A stretch of 64,000 nucleotides of DNA, taken from assembly GCA_965153285.1 (NCBI GenBank), contig OZ229111.1, one strand, 5' to 3'. Source of the DNA: Podarcis tiliguerta. Taxonomy: Eukaryota. Under the pieces are notes generated by a model. The model did no database searches, was not told the DNA's origin, and saw only the letters and a program-made list of their open reading frames with translations. Positions within the stretch are counted from its first letter, which is position 1; the number at the start of each line of letters is the position of its first letter. Shown piece after piece: positions 54,252 to 64,000 of the stretch. The translations under genes and the position numbers were made by a program.

Positions 54252-54330
54252 TAAGAAGTGATTAAGTGGAATATAGTTGATGAAAGCTTATGCCGTAACA
54301 AATTTGTTAGGTAAAAGGTGGTGACACCCA
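54252..54330 (+). mobile_element. Degenerate Penelope-like fragment (decayed hammerhead region)
   Basis: ...gattaagtggaatatagttgatGAAAGCTTATGCCgtaacaaatttgttaggtaaaaggtg has the same GAAAGCTTAT architecture as the 63.2 kb copy. A Penelope-like terminus (caaactaacatggctac) lies at ~54835-54867. Confidence 0.45.
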
Positions 54331-54579
54331 TGATGTGGAACAACCTCCCTTTATAAATCCAGCGCATTGTTCTCTCTTTGATGCTTTCAGCGAATGCTGA
54401 AAACCTTCCTGCCACACAAGCACCACCTGATTATTGATACTGATTGGTGCATTTGCTTGGTCGCTGTGGAAACTGAAAGCTATATTATAGTTTACTATTT
54501 TATTTTATTTATGTCTGTATTTATTTGTTTGTTAACTACTCATTGTATGCTGAAATATTTTGTACATCATTCTCAAGTA

Positions 54580-54803
54580 CAGTGGTACATTGGGTTACAG
54601 ACACTTCAGGTTACAGTCTCCTAACCCAGAAATAGTACCTCGGGTTAAGAACTTTGCTTCAGGATGAGAACAGAAATCGCACAGCGGCGGCATGGCAGCA
54701 GCGGGAGGCCCCATTAGCTAAAGTGTTGCTTCAGGTTAAGAACAGTTTCAGGTTAAGAATGGACCTCCGGAACGAATTAAGTTCTTAACCTGAGTTACCA
54801 CTG
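54580..54803 (+). mobile_element. Tc1/mariner MITE, family D
   Basis: Same TIRs and TA TSD. Confidence 0.9.
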
Positions 54804-55644
54804 TATATTAAACAAAACTAAAACTTGCTTTTCTGCAACAAACTAACATGGCTACTACCCCTCTGGAAATTAGGAAGGAGGGAGTTAATATTTCACCTAG
54901 ACTCCATGTACTTCCCTCTCTAGCTAGATATGGACACCTAGAGTCCATATACTTCCCTCTCTAGCTTCCTTTCTTGAGTCTTGAGAGGGAAATCATGGGT
55001 GGCACTTCTATGTCAGAGAAACCAGCAGCTTTCTCAGCTGGAGCCATATAAATTCTACATTTGCCTTGACTGTTAAAGCACTGCTTTTTCACCATCATAA
55101 TAGGGTGCTTAACATCATAGCATGTATAACAGCAGGAGAATGAAGTGGGTGTAGTGAGAGTGAGTGACAAGTGGAAGCGGGTGACGGGTGAAATGAGAAG
55201 AGCAGATAGGAAAGTCAAGAAGGCAACCAGGTAAGAAGGCTAGTAGTTAAGACACCAGTTCAAAGGGTGTGTCAGGTATGCTGGGAAAGTCTATTAGGTA
55301 GAAACAATTATTCGTTATTCCTTACTGAATGACAGCACAGCTTCTAGCTGTGTTCCTAAAATACTGCAGCTGGCTGACATGGCATGCAGTAGTGGCTGGC
55401 GGGGGTGCAGGGTTGGGCAGCAGCGCACACCTTGCCTCCCACCACCAGTGTCACTGCAGCTTCCTGGGAGGAAAAGGCAGTGGTTAGGTCAGTGCAATAT
55501 ATATGGACTGGCAGAGTCAAAGCAGAATGCTGGTGCATTTGCAGGGTGCTGCCTCCCTGCCGCCCCACCCCTCTGTCTCCCAGCAAACCTCAGTGCTGAG
55601 CCACTAGACACTTAGCTGCTCTGGATTAAGAGAAGGGCTGAACT

Positions 55645-55822
55645 AGAGGAGTGGGCAGAGCACGTGCTTTCATGGGAAAGGTTCCAGGTTTAGTCCCCGG
55701 CATCTGCAGGCAGGGCTGGGAAAGGCTGTGTCTGAAACCCTGGGGAGCCACTGTCAGGCTGTGTAAATAATACTGATCTAGATGAACCAGTGGTCCAACT
55801 CAGTGTAGGGCAGCTTCTTGCA
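55645..55822 (+). mobile_element. Older tRNA-derived SINE (Squam2-like)
   Basis: tRNA-like head (gcagagcacgtgctttcatg...ccaggtttagtccccggcatc) followed by ctgaaaccctggggagccactgtcag. Related to 26183-26300. Confidence 0.55.
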
Positions 55823-56360
55823 TTCCTTACACAGACCCCTGAACAGCATGCAACCACTTTTTCTGGTTATTTTAGCTCACTGAATGAACATCTGTTCAGT
55901 TGTTTCTGCACCGAGCTCACCTTGTTACCTCTTAAGATTTCATTCCAGTTTTCCCAATGGTCCAACATTTCTCTCTGGTTTTCTGATTGTTGAAGACAAG
56001 CACTCATTTTAAAAATACAATGTGTTGTTTGGGTGAAGCTGAGGCAGAGAAAGTACAGGACTTAAGAGTTCTGTTCACCTAAAAACTCAGCAAAATAGCC
56101 CCTGTACGTTTCTCAGCGTACCTGGCTATTTCAGAGAACAGGCTATTGCAACTGACTCTATACATGTGTAGTTGGGCTTGTTTAACAAGTTCAAAGAAAT
56201 CAAAGAGCAAAAAGTGAAGTGTATTTCAATGTATTTGTAAGGAGTTTGATATCTCTTTTATATATGCCTTAAGAATTCATACAAGGAGGAGGAGAAGGAA
56301 ATGCTGCACTACCCTAAAACAATCAGGAAGGTTTGGAGACCTACAACACTCCAGCCCTCC

Positions 56361-56662
56361 AGGTAAAGGTACCCCTGACCATTAGGTCCAGTTGCGGACG
56401 ACTCTGGGTTGTGGCGCTCATCTCGCTCTACAGGCCGAGGAGCTGGCGTTTGTCTGCAGACAGCTTCCGGGTCATGTGGCCAGCATGACTAAGCAGCTTC
56501 TGGCGAACCAGAGCAGCGCACAGAAAAGCCACCGAAGTGGTACCTATTTATCTACTTGCACTTGACCTGCTTTCGAACTGCTAGGTGGGCAGGAGCTGGA
56601 TCGTTGGGATTCTGGCAAGCCCTAGGCTCAGTGGTTCAGACCACAGCGCCACCTGCGTCCCC
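56361..56662 (-). mobile_element. Sauria SINE with internal deletions
   Basis: Near-identical to 32564-32914 (ACCTTT tail; ctgaccattaggtccag; cacagcgccacctgcgtccc). Confidence 0.88.
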
Positions 56663-59600
56663 TCTCTGATGATACCTCCCTGGTGATTAAGGTTGGTATT
56701 TTCTGCTAACAATCCAAAGTGCCAAAGGAAAAGTTCAGAGTGAAATGTAAAAAGCACAGGCAACAGCAGCTGTTGGTGTAAATTGTAAAACTTCTGATTT
56801 GCACATTAGGGCAATGCCATTATTAGGCAAAGCAAAATGTCACAAAATAGTGTGTGGGCAGGGGGAAGGGAGGGTGTTGAGGAAGGGGGAAGGGTTTGAC
56901 TGGCAAAAGTAACACCTGGGAGAAAAGAATAAGAGCTGGAACACTTTTCCAGGAAGCCTTTGGATCACCCTTCTAGTCCCTGTAGCTTATTGAAACTAAA
57001 CCAAAGTGCATGTCATTGAAATAATCATGCATTTCCCTGCTTAGCCATGCCTACATATCCCACCTTTGCAAAGCTCTTTGGGATAGGGATCAGTCACACC
57101 CGTTCTTTTTAAAAGCATCACATACCTAAATGGCTAAATGGGGACCCTCCAGGACATCCTTTTTAATGAGCATTCATGACGATTCATGCTCATGCTGGTA
57201 TCGGGGTGGTTATACGCAATCCCATTTTCAATACTGTTTTCATCTGCAAAAGTTCCAGGGCAGACATACTGCTTCATTTCCACTCAGTGCATGTCCTGTA
57301 ACTTCTTGCTGAAACCCTGTAACTTCGTATACCACAAAATGTTTAATGGGGGTTGAGTTGCCCCATGTTTATTGGGCTATAGTGCAAAGAGGGCCCAGTC
57401 AGCAGTAGTGTGCTGACAGTGGGGAAGCATCAGAAAACAACTAATAAAGTGTGGAATGATGTATGGATGATCCATTATCGCCCTATTATTGCATCAGTGG
57501 AATGCTGAAGAATCCGCCAACCAAAAAGTCTGGAGCAGCTCATAACCAAAGTCCACTAAGTTGAAAAGACCACATGTTCTTCTCCTACCTAAGCCATGCC
57601 TACATCCCCCACTTTATCTATTGTATCCCTATATCTAATTTAAATTGAAAAGCCTTTTGACCAGTTACAGCTGCTCTTTGTAGAGCACCATGGACATAGA
57701 TGGTGATGGTAGATGTATAGATATATAGTGATATAAAAGCTATGGATGTCTCTGTAAGGAAGGCTCCAGTATTTGACAACAACCTCAAAACGGACATTAA
57801 TAAGAAGAACAGTGGAAGCTCCAGGTCTCTATCTCTCCTACCTCATCATCTCCACCCTTGAAGAAGTCCTTTCTCCCTTCTGCACTCCTTTAAAATACAT
57901 TTATCTATCTGCCTTTGAACCACTAATTGAAGCTAGTTTTGCTACAGCACATTCAGGCTTCAGCTTTAAGTGCAATGCACATTTCTGTACTGGAAAGCCA
58001 CTCCCTGGATGCTTCTTAAGCAACATTCCACTCCAATCTTATAAAATGTCATCAGTGACGCTTGTAAATTGGGTTCTGAAAGCAAGATAACTGGTGGAGG
58101 ATATAAACTCATTGGCATACTAGGCTGTATTTGGCTGGCTTCAATAGCAGTACAGAGAAGGAAGAAGTAGGCTGGAAGATTGTCCACTCATGTATTGCCA
58201 GCCATGGCCACCTGCTAGTGCCAGCAGCAATGCTCTGCTATGCTTATCCCCCCCAATAGTGCCGTCCATGGCTGATTCTGATTAGGGCTGTCTTGTGTAG
58301 ATATTGGCTATGCTTGCTTTCAGTTCAGCATCAATGTAAATGAACAGCAGACCATTCTCCTCCCTGTCTCAGAAGAGTGGCAGTCTTTCAGGGCCTGAAG
58401 AAGTGTCTGAGACAACAGATTATGTATTTTTGTGATGCATAGCAGCCGAGGTTTTTTTTAATATATAAAATCAGTCCCAATGGCTGTGCAGCTGGTTTGT
58501 CAACATGTGCGTCAAAGGGGTGGCAAAAGACAGGGGTGTTTTGTTTCTCCCCTTCTCTCATTTTATCTTTTGGGGATTCTAGCCTAAAACTACTGGTGTT
58601 GCTGGAGGTGCACTCTCGTTTCCGAGATCTCTCCCTCCTTGCATCGTTGCTCAGACTATTGTTTTCTTTCCTAAGCATCAAAATCTCCCTCTCTTTGTTT
58701 GTGCCAGTAGCACCAGTGGTGCCCAAGTTCCACTATTGAAAGGAGCCAGCAGTGATGTGATGGCTTAAAGGCAAAGGCTGACTCAGAAGCACTGAAGCTA
58801 ATCATTTATGCTTCCTCCACACAGAAAAGCAGCTCGCTATTATGGAGCGCGGTGCACGCCTGTGTAGTACTTCTTGCAGCAGAGCCATAACAGATAAAGG
58901 AGAATAAATATGAAACCATGAGGCCAGGGGACAAGACAAAGGGGACATTGCATGAGAAAGGAAGATGCAAGTTAAAGGAGTGAAAGAAATTGGGAGCTAT
59001 GTAAATCCAAAAGGAGAGGGGAGAGCTCCAAGGATGAGCTAAGGATGGCCTACTACAGGATTTCGAGGTTCTAAGAGGCCGTGCAAATTTGCTCACATAT
59101 AATGTTTATACAAAATCTCTGCTGCAGAGGTTGAATTCACGGCTTGAACTTCGGACCCCATTTACGCAATTCTGTCTGGCTGTTTGTGCACCAATCAAAG
59201 CGTAAGCAATAAGAACAAAAACATTATTTAATAAGAACACCACATCCAGAGATCTCAAAATAGTGTGAGGTAAAACTGAACGGGGAGCACTATAGCATAT
59301 TATTCCCTCCTTACGGCCCTTGAATCGGTCTGTTGTAGACATATGCTGTAAAGTGGATCTGAATGGGCAGATTTAACCTTGAAAGGCATGTTTGTGGATG
59401 AAGAGGGAATTGTAGTCCATTTCAGGGAACAGAAGTGTGTTAGAATGCACTTGGCAAGATAATGTTTGCAACACACATTGATTTATGGAACACCACTTCT
59501 TGATGCTTGGGCATGTCCGCTTAAAGGCAAGAGGGAACAAAAGGCATGTGACTTGGACCACATCACGTCTGGCCAATCCTGGGGACAAGCGGGCATTTAA

Positions 59601-60039
59601 AAACTGAGTGCTCTTGAAACCTGTTCTAATTGTCAGCATAGCAAATGTTTTTTTCCTTTAGAAATGCACTTCTACAAACCTGGGAATTCCCCCAAACCTA
59701 CTGATACCTCCCTCTCACACATAGATTTTCCCATTTTCACAACAGTCCAGGCTCAAATAGTTGAGTTTGCCCTATCTAGCCATCCATCCTCAGTACTGCC
59801 CCCTCCTCAAATACACAATTGTTCCATGCATATCTATTTACACATGCACTCTTGGAATTAGGTAGAAAATCTGTGTGTACCTTATTTCACAAAACAGAAC
59901 ATAACAACCTGCTGTACTAAATTAAAAATTATCCACTCCTATGTTGTCTTGGCTTTTGGACAGTGTGTTTATGCAAATAGGTTTGCATATTTGTAACTTT
60001 TTTTAAAAAAAATCACTAATTGATTTAAACATTTCTACT

Positions 60040-60420
60040 TTATTTATTTATTTTCTATCCTACCTGTTTCAAAGCAGCTATCAAACAGTAATAAAAACAG
60101 AATAAAATATTCTCCTAGAAAAACGCATTATATATTCAAATTAATATGCCAACAGTCTCCATATAACAATTTACAGAATGAATCAAAGGCCTTTTGGAAA
60201 AGCCAGATTTCTTCCAACCACCTGCAGCAGTACAGAGATGAGGCTTGATGGACTTTGCTCAGCAAGACATTCCATAGGAGAGGTGCTACAACAGAAAAGG
60301 CCCTACCCACTGCTGGCACCAGCTGAGGGATTTTGAATAGACCCAGATGACAATCAGAGAGTATAGGGAAGAATAGACAGGAATAGGTGTTTCCTAGGGT
60401 ACCCAGGTCCCGACTGAGCC
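60040..60420 (-). mobile_element. L2-type LINE 3' fragment (older)
   Basis: ORF 60128-60427 contains GRAFSVVAPLLWNVL...WLFQKAF. Confidence 0.7.
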
Positions 60421-60444
60421 TGGACATTAATTGCCAGTGTAAAT

Positions 60445-61040
60445 CATAATAATAAATAATAATAATTTTTTATTTATACCCCACCCTTCCCGGTTCAGAA
60501 AACTGGGCTCAGGGCGGCTAACAACAAATTTACAACACTTAATTGTAAAATCAGCATAAAATACAGTATAAAAAGATGAATAACAATAAAATTCAAAGTT
60601 CAGAAATCAACGTGGGGAAAATCCATCTAATAAGCATTAGATAGCCAGCAGGGCTAGCTGGCTGAATTAGTCCTACTTGGGCCAGCGAGGAGGCCAGGGG
60701 AGAATTAGCTGTGAGTTCTCAGAGCGGGTAATCTTCATAAAAGGTGAGGGGCAGGGAAGAGAATGGAAATAAAATATTAGGCTGAATTCAAATTAAAGGC
60801 CAGGCAGAATAGCTCTGTCTTACAGTCCTGATGGAAGGAGGTTAAATCCTGAAGAGCCATAGTCTCATGGGACAGAGCATTCCACCAGGTCGGAGCCATC
60901 ACTGAAAAGGCCCTGGCCCTGGTGGAGGATAGTCTGACTTCCTTAGGGCCCTGGACCTCTAAACTATGGTTATTCGTGGACCTTAAGGTCCTCTGCGGGG
61001 CATACCAGGAGAGGCGGTCCCGTAAATACGAGGACCCATA
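60445..61040 (-). mobile_element. L2-type LINE 3' fragment (younger)
   Basis: ORF 60777-61097 (YLRDRLSWYAPQRTLRS...RARAFSVMAPTWWNALS...FHQDCKTELFCLAF) is an L2 ORF2 C-terminus, followed by 3' UTR and an AT-rich tail. Confidence 0.8.
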
Positions 61041-62574
61041 AATATAGAACTGAATTGCCTGGCTGTCATCAGCATTCTGGCTGCAAGCATTTTGCACTAA
61101 TTAAAACATGCACATGCCATATCATTTTACCAAACATCAAACTAAATACAAGCTGAAGTTACCGCAATGGTTTAGAGAGGCCATAAGGAAGCTGATGGCA
61201 AACACGCCCGCTCTAACTAATTATTATCATCGCTTGCAGTAACACCATATAAAAACTACCTGTATAACGGTATCTCTTTGATCATTCCAAAGGTTCTCTT
61301 CTGCATCTATATTTTATACCCCAGTGCAACATCATCCATAAAGTCCCCTGCCACTTCCAAGTGATCTAAAACAAAGCTTGATCTCAGAAATGTCAAACAC
61401 AGTGAAAAACAGAGAGCCGGTTACAGCTATCTCTGTAGTCCCCACCCTCAAAGGCTCTGCGGTTTTCTTTCAACTTTGTTAATTACAGCTGACTTGGAGG
61501 AACCAGCTACCGTTACCGCTGCTGCTGTTCCCAACCTGGTTGCTGGCGCGTGTTCCCTCAGAAGAATATGTCTCTGAGAATAAGTTTCCGCATAAGCCGC
61601 CAGTGTCCCAGTTTACCTTTATGAGTACAATGTAATTAGCACATGTTGTGACAGGAATTGGAAGGTGAAGGAAACGTGTGATTTTTCTTGGTATTGCAGT
61701 CAGGATTATCCAAGAAGAGAGGCTCAAGCCTGACTCCAATGAAGTCTACGAGCTGGTTAGATGACACCACAAAAATGTGCATGCATTCTTTTGAAAGGAG
61801 ACCTACCTAGTGTGGGAGTTTGGCAACACAGGAGTGTTCCTCAGGGACATCTAGTGCCCATTGAGGACTGTTAAGGCAGGAAGACCAACCGTAGGTGGAG
61901 CAAGAGTAAATGAATTGCAGGAGCCAATTCTATATTTCTCTCCTTCTCCCCATCTGAGTGGTACAAGGGCAACACAAGAGACTGAGGAGGAAGAAGAAGA
62001 GTGTCTCCTCCAGACTAGTTTTAATTAAGAAGGTAGGCCCAGTGGGACTAGCTGAGGGCAGAATGAGGTTGGTGGGGCAAGGACACATTCTCCTTAATGA
62101 ACCAGCCTCCACTGTGAGCTGTTACTAGGAGTGAAAACAACATTTAGAGACTTTGGAACGCAGAAACAAAGGAAAGCATCAAACCATGAATTCTAGCAGA
62201 CTGGAGGCCACCAAAATTGCATAATTTGGCATCTCAGTGATTGGTATTATTAATTGTATTATAATTTGGAGTGTTATAATGAGGCTGTTATTGGATTGGA
62301 TTGTGGTAATTGGAAACTAATAAAAATTATTATATATATAAAAAAAACAACATTTAGAAAGGATTAGTCCACAGATCCACCACAGAGAAAGAAATCTCTC
62401 CCCTGCCTGCGCCTGACCTGTCTTATCTACCTGCATTCTGATGCTATAAGGTATTTTCCCCAGCCAAGCTCCAAAACCTGAAATGGATCCTGCAGCACTG
62501 GATAAGATGAGCATGTAAAATTAAAGGAAAAGCAAGACAGAATGGTTAAAAATAATGTGGGGAAGGAGGTGGGA

Positions 62575-63026
62575 GTTGCCTCACTGCTGTTTGCCTTCTG
62601 CCATCTTTACTGCTCGTGCGTAAGCCCGTGCAAACACCTGGCTGGGTTGCCTGAGTGAACCTTTTCTGTCTGGACAGCCACTCACCCGTGGCTGACTCAA
62701 TCACTGGCAGAATCCGTCAGTGGGCGTTTCTTAAACCTCTTCCAGCAAAGAAGCTCTTTGACGCCCAGTCTTCTCCTACTCTCTCTGCGCGAAAGCCTTC
62801 TGCGCAAGGAGGGTGTAGGCAGCGGAGGACCTCTACTCTCCCCGCTGGTCGCCGGCAAGGAGTCATGGGACCGCCTCGCCGCTTCCCCCATCTGCCCCCA
62901 TTCTCCACTGGTGCTACGCTGATTCTCTTCCCCAGAAGATGGGCTGCCTCTCCCAATCCCGGGACGCTCTCTGGAATCCCTCTGGATTTGCTCTCTCCCT
63001 CCGGCACTGATGGCAGTTGCCTGACA
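62575..63026 (-). mobile_element. Probable solo LTR relic
   Basis: Minus strand starts TGTCAGG; purine-rich, CpG-retaining body; AGTAAA poly(A)-like signal near its end. Left boundary uncertain. Confidence 0.5.
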
Positions 63027-63115
63027 ATTGTGGTTTTATGTTGTAACCTCCCTGAGACCTGCTGGTATAGGGCAATATACAAAGAAAGGGTGAGATGATG
63101 GAAATGCTTTGGAAA

Positions 63116-63334
63116 TAAATTTTAAAAAATTCCAGCAGCACCTTAGAGACCAACTAAGTTTGTTCTAAGCTTTCGTGTGCATGCTGAGTATAAGGTGTCG
63201 TGTGGTATCTGAAGAAGTGTGCATGCACACGAAAGCTTATACCCAGAACAAATCTAGTTGGTATCTAGGGTGCAACTGGACAATTTTTTAATTTTTTTAT
63301 TTATTTTGACTGTGTCAGACCTACCTGAATCTAG
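63116..63334 (+). mobile_element. Penelope-like element relic with inverted-repeat structure
   Basis: Flanked by an 11-bp direct repeat TGCTTTGGAAA (63105-63115 and 63335-63345). Inverted arms at 63131-63166 and 63245-63280. The 3' end ...tgtgtcagacctacctgaatct resembles squamate Penelope termini. Carries a hammerhead core. Confidence 0.75.
63204..63243 (+). ncRNA. Minimal type I hammerhead ribozyme motif (Penelope-associated)
   Basis: GGUAU-CUGAAGA-A-GUGUG(CAUG)CACAC-GAAA-GCUU-AUACC. Stem I GGUAU/AUACC, both catalytic core boxes, stem II hairpin, and palindromic AGCU stem III. Confidence 0.7.
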
Positions 63335-64000
63335 TGCTTTGGAAAGTTAGTGAACAGGCAGTTAAAAACAAGTAAATCCTTCAGCATGTATGGAACATGG
63401 TGCTGGGCTTGAGAAAGGAAAAGAATGCTGTTAGTCATTAGGTAAGCATGATAGTCACACAACTACATGTTTCATGCAGCACTCATAATACAGTCCTTTG
63501 CATTTTCTAGTTATGGGCTGAAGTGCAATTTCCCAGCAACTTGATTGAGCAGTGTGATTTCCGCAGAATGGAAGTGCTTGCTAGAGGGGTATTGTGGGGA
63601 AATGAACAAGAAACAGCTGCCCAAGCCCTGTGCAGAATTCGTGTTGTCTTGAAGGGCGCTTGGACTCTTATGCCCATTAGCAATGTCCAGCTGCAAACTG
63701 AAGTCTCCTCCAAACTAGGAATGGGAGTATTGTCAATTTTGGTTTCTTTCCATTCTAATTTTTTCAATCTTAAGTTCAGTTTTCCACATTTCCACATCAG
63801 TTTCTGAGTTTCTTTTAGAAGTCCTCCTTAGGGAAAATTTCTCCAAATATACATATTTTGTATGCAACCACATTTCCCTAATATTTATCCCCCCCCAATA
63901 TAACACATTTCTCTGTGTTATTTTCACTAATGTGTGCATTTTTATGCACTCTTTATCCTAGTAGATGCATTTTTGTACATATTACTTGGCTGCAGAACTG

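Noticed and set aside
58394-58430. CTGAAGAAGTGTCTGAGACAAC hammerhead-like start
   Set aside because: No following GAAA box and no stem I/III pairing.

Overview
Vertebrate genomic DNA, most likely a lacertid lizard (inferred from Sauria/Squam1 and Squam3-type SINEs). The only protein-coding gene I can support is the 5' end of CACNA1D (L-type Ca2+ channel Cav1.3 alpha-1D) on the minus strand. It has a CpG-island promoter and exon 1 (coding 46266-46302), exon 2 (41380-41698, containing the NSCaTE calmodulin site) and exon 3 (39867-39972, repeat I segment S1). These splice in frame to 154 codons. Bases 1-39866 are intron 3, and about 47.4-64 kb is upstream intergenic DNA with a 254-N assembly gap. 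Intron 2 is a clear U12 (minor spliceosome) GT-AG intron. The rest is transposon-derived: hAT and Tc1/mariner-type MITEs with intact target-site duplications (TSDs), SINEs, CR1 and L2 LINE 3' fragments, solo LTRs and Penelope-like relics. The most notable items are: (i) a minimal, palindromic hammerhead-ribozyme motif in a TSD-flanked Penelope-like insertion at about 63.2 kb; (ii) three upstream ORFs and CGG tracts in the putative CACNA1D leader, one in frame with the main ORF, which could tune translation and NSCaTE inclusion; (iii) the U12 intron; (iv) a perfect 24-bp hairpin about 2 kb upstream of the promoter. I see no clear evidence of a wholly new multi-gene system. Almost all other ORFs in the track are spurious. 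Repeat family names are recognised from memory, not from a database search.
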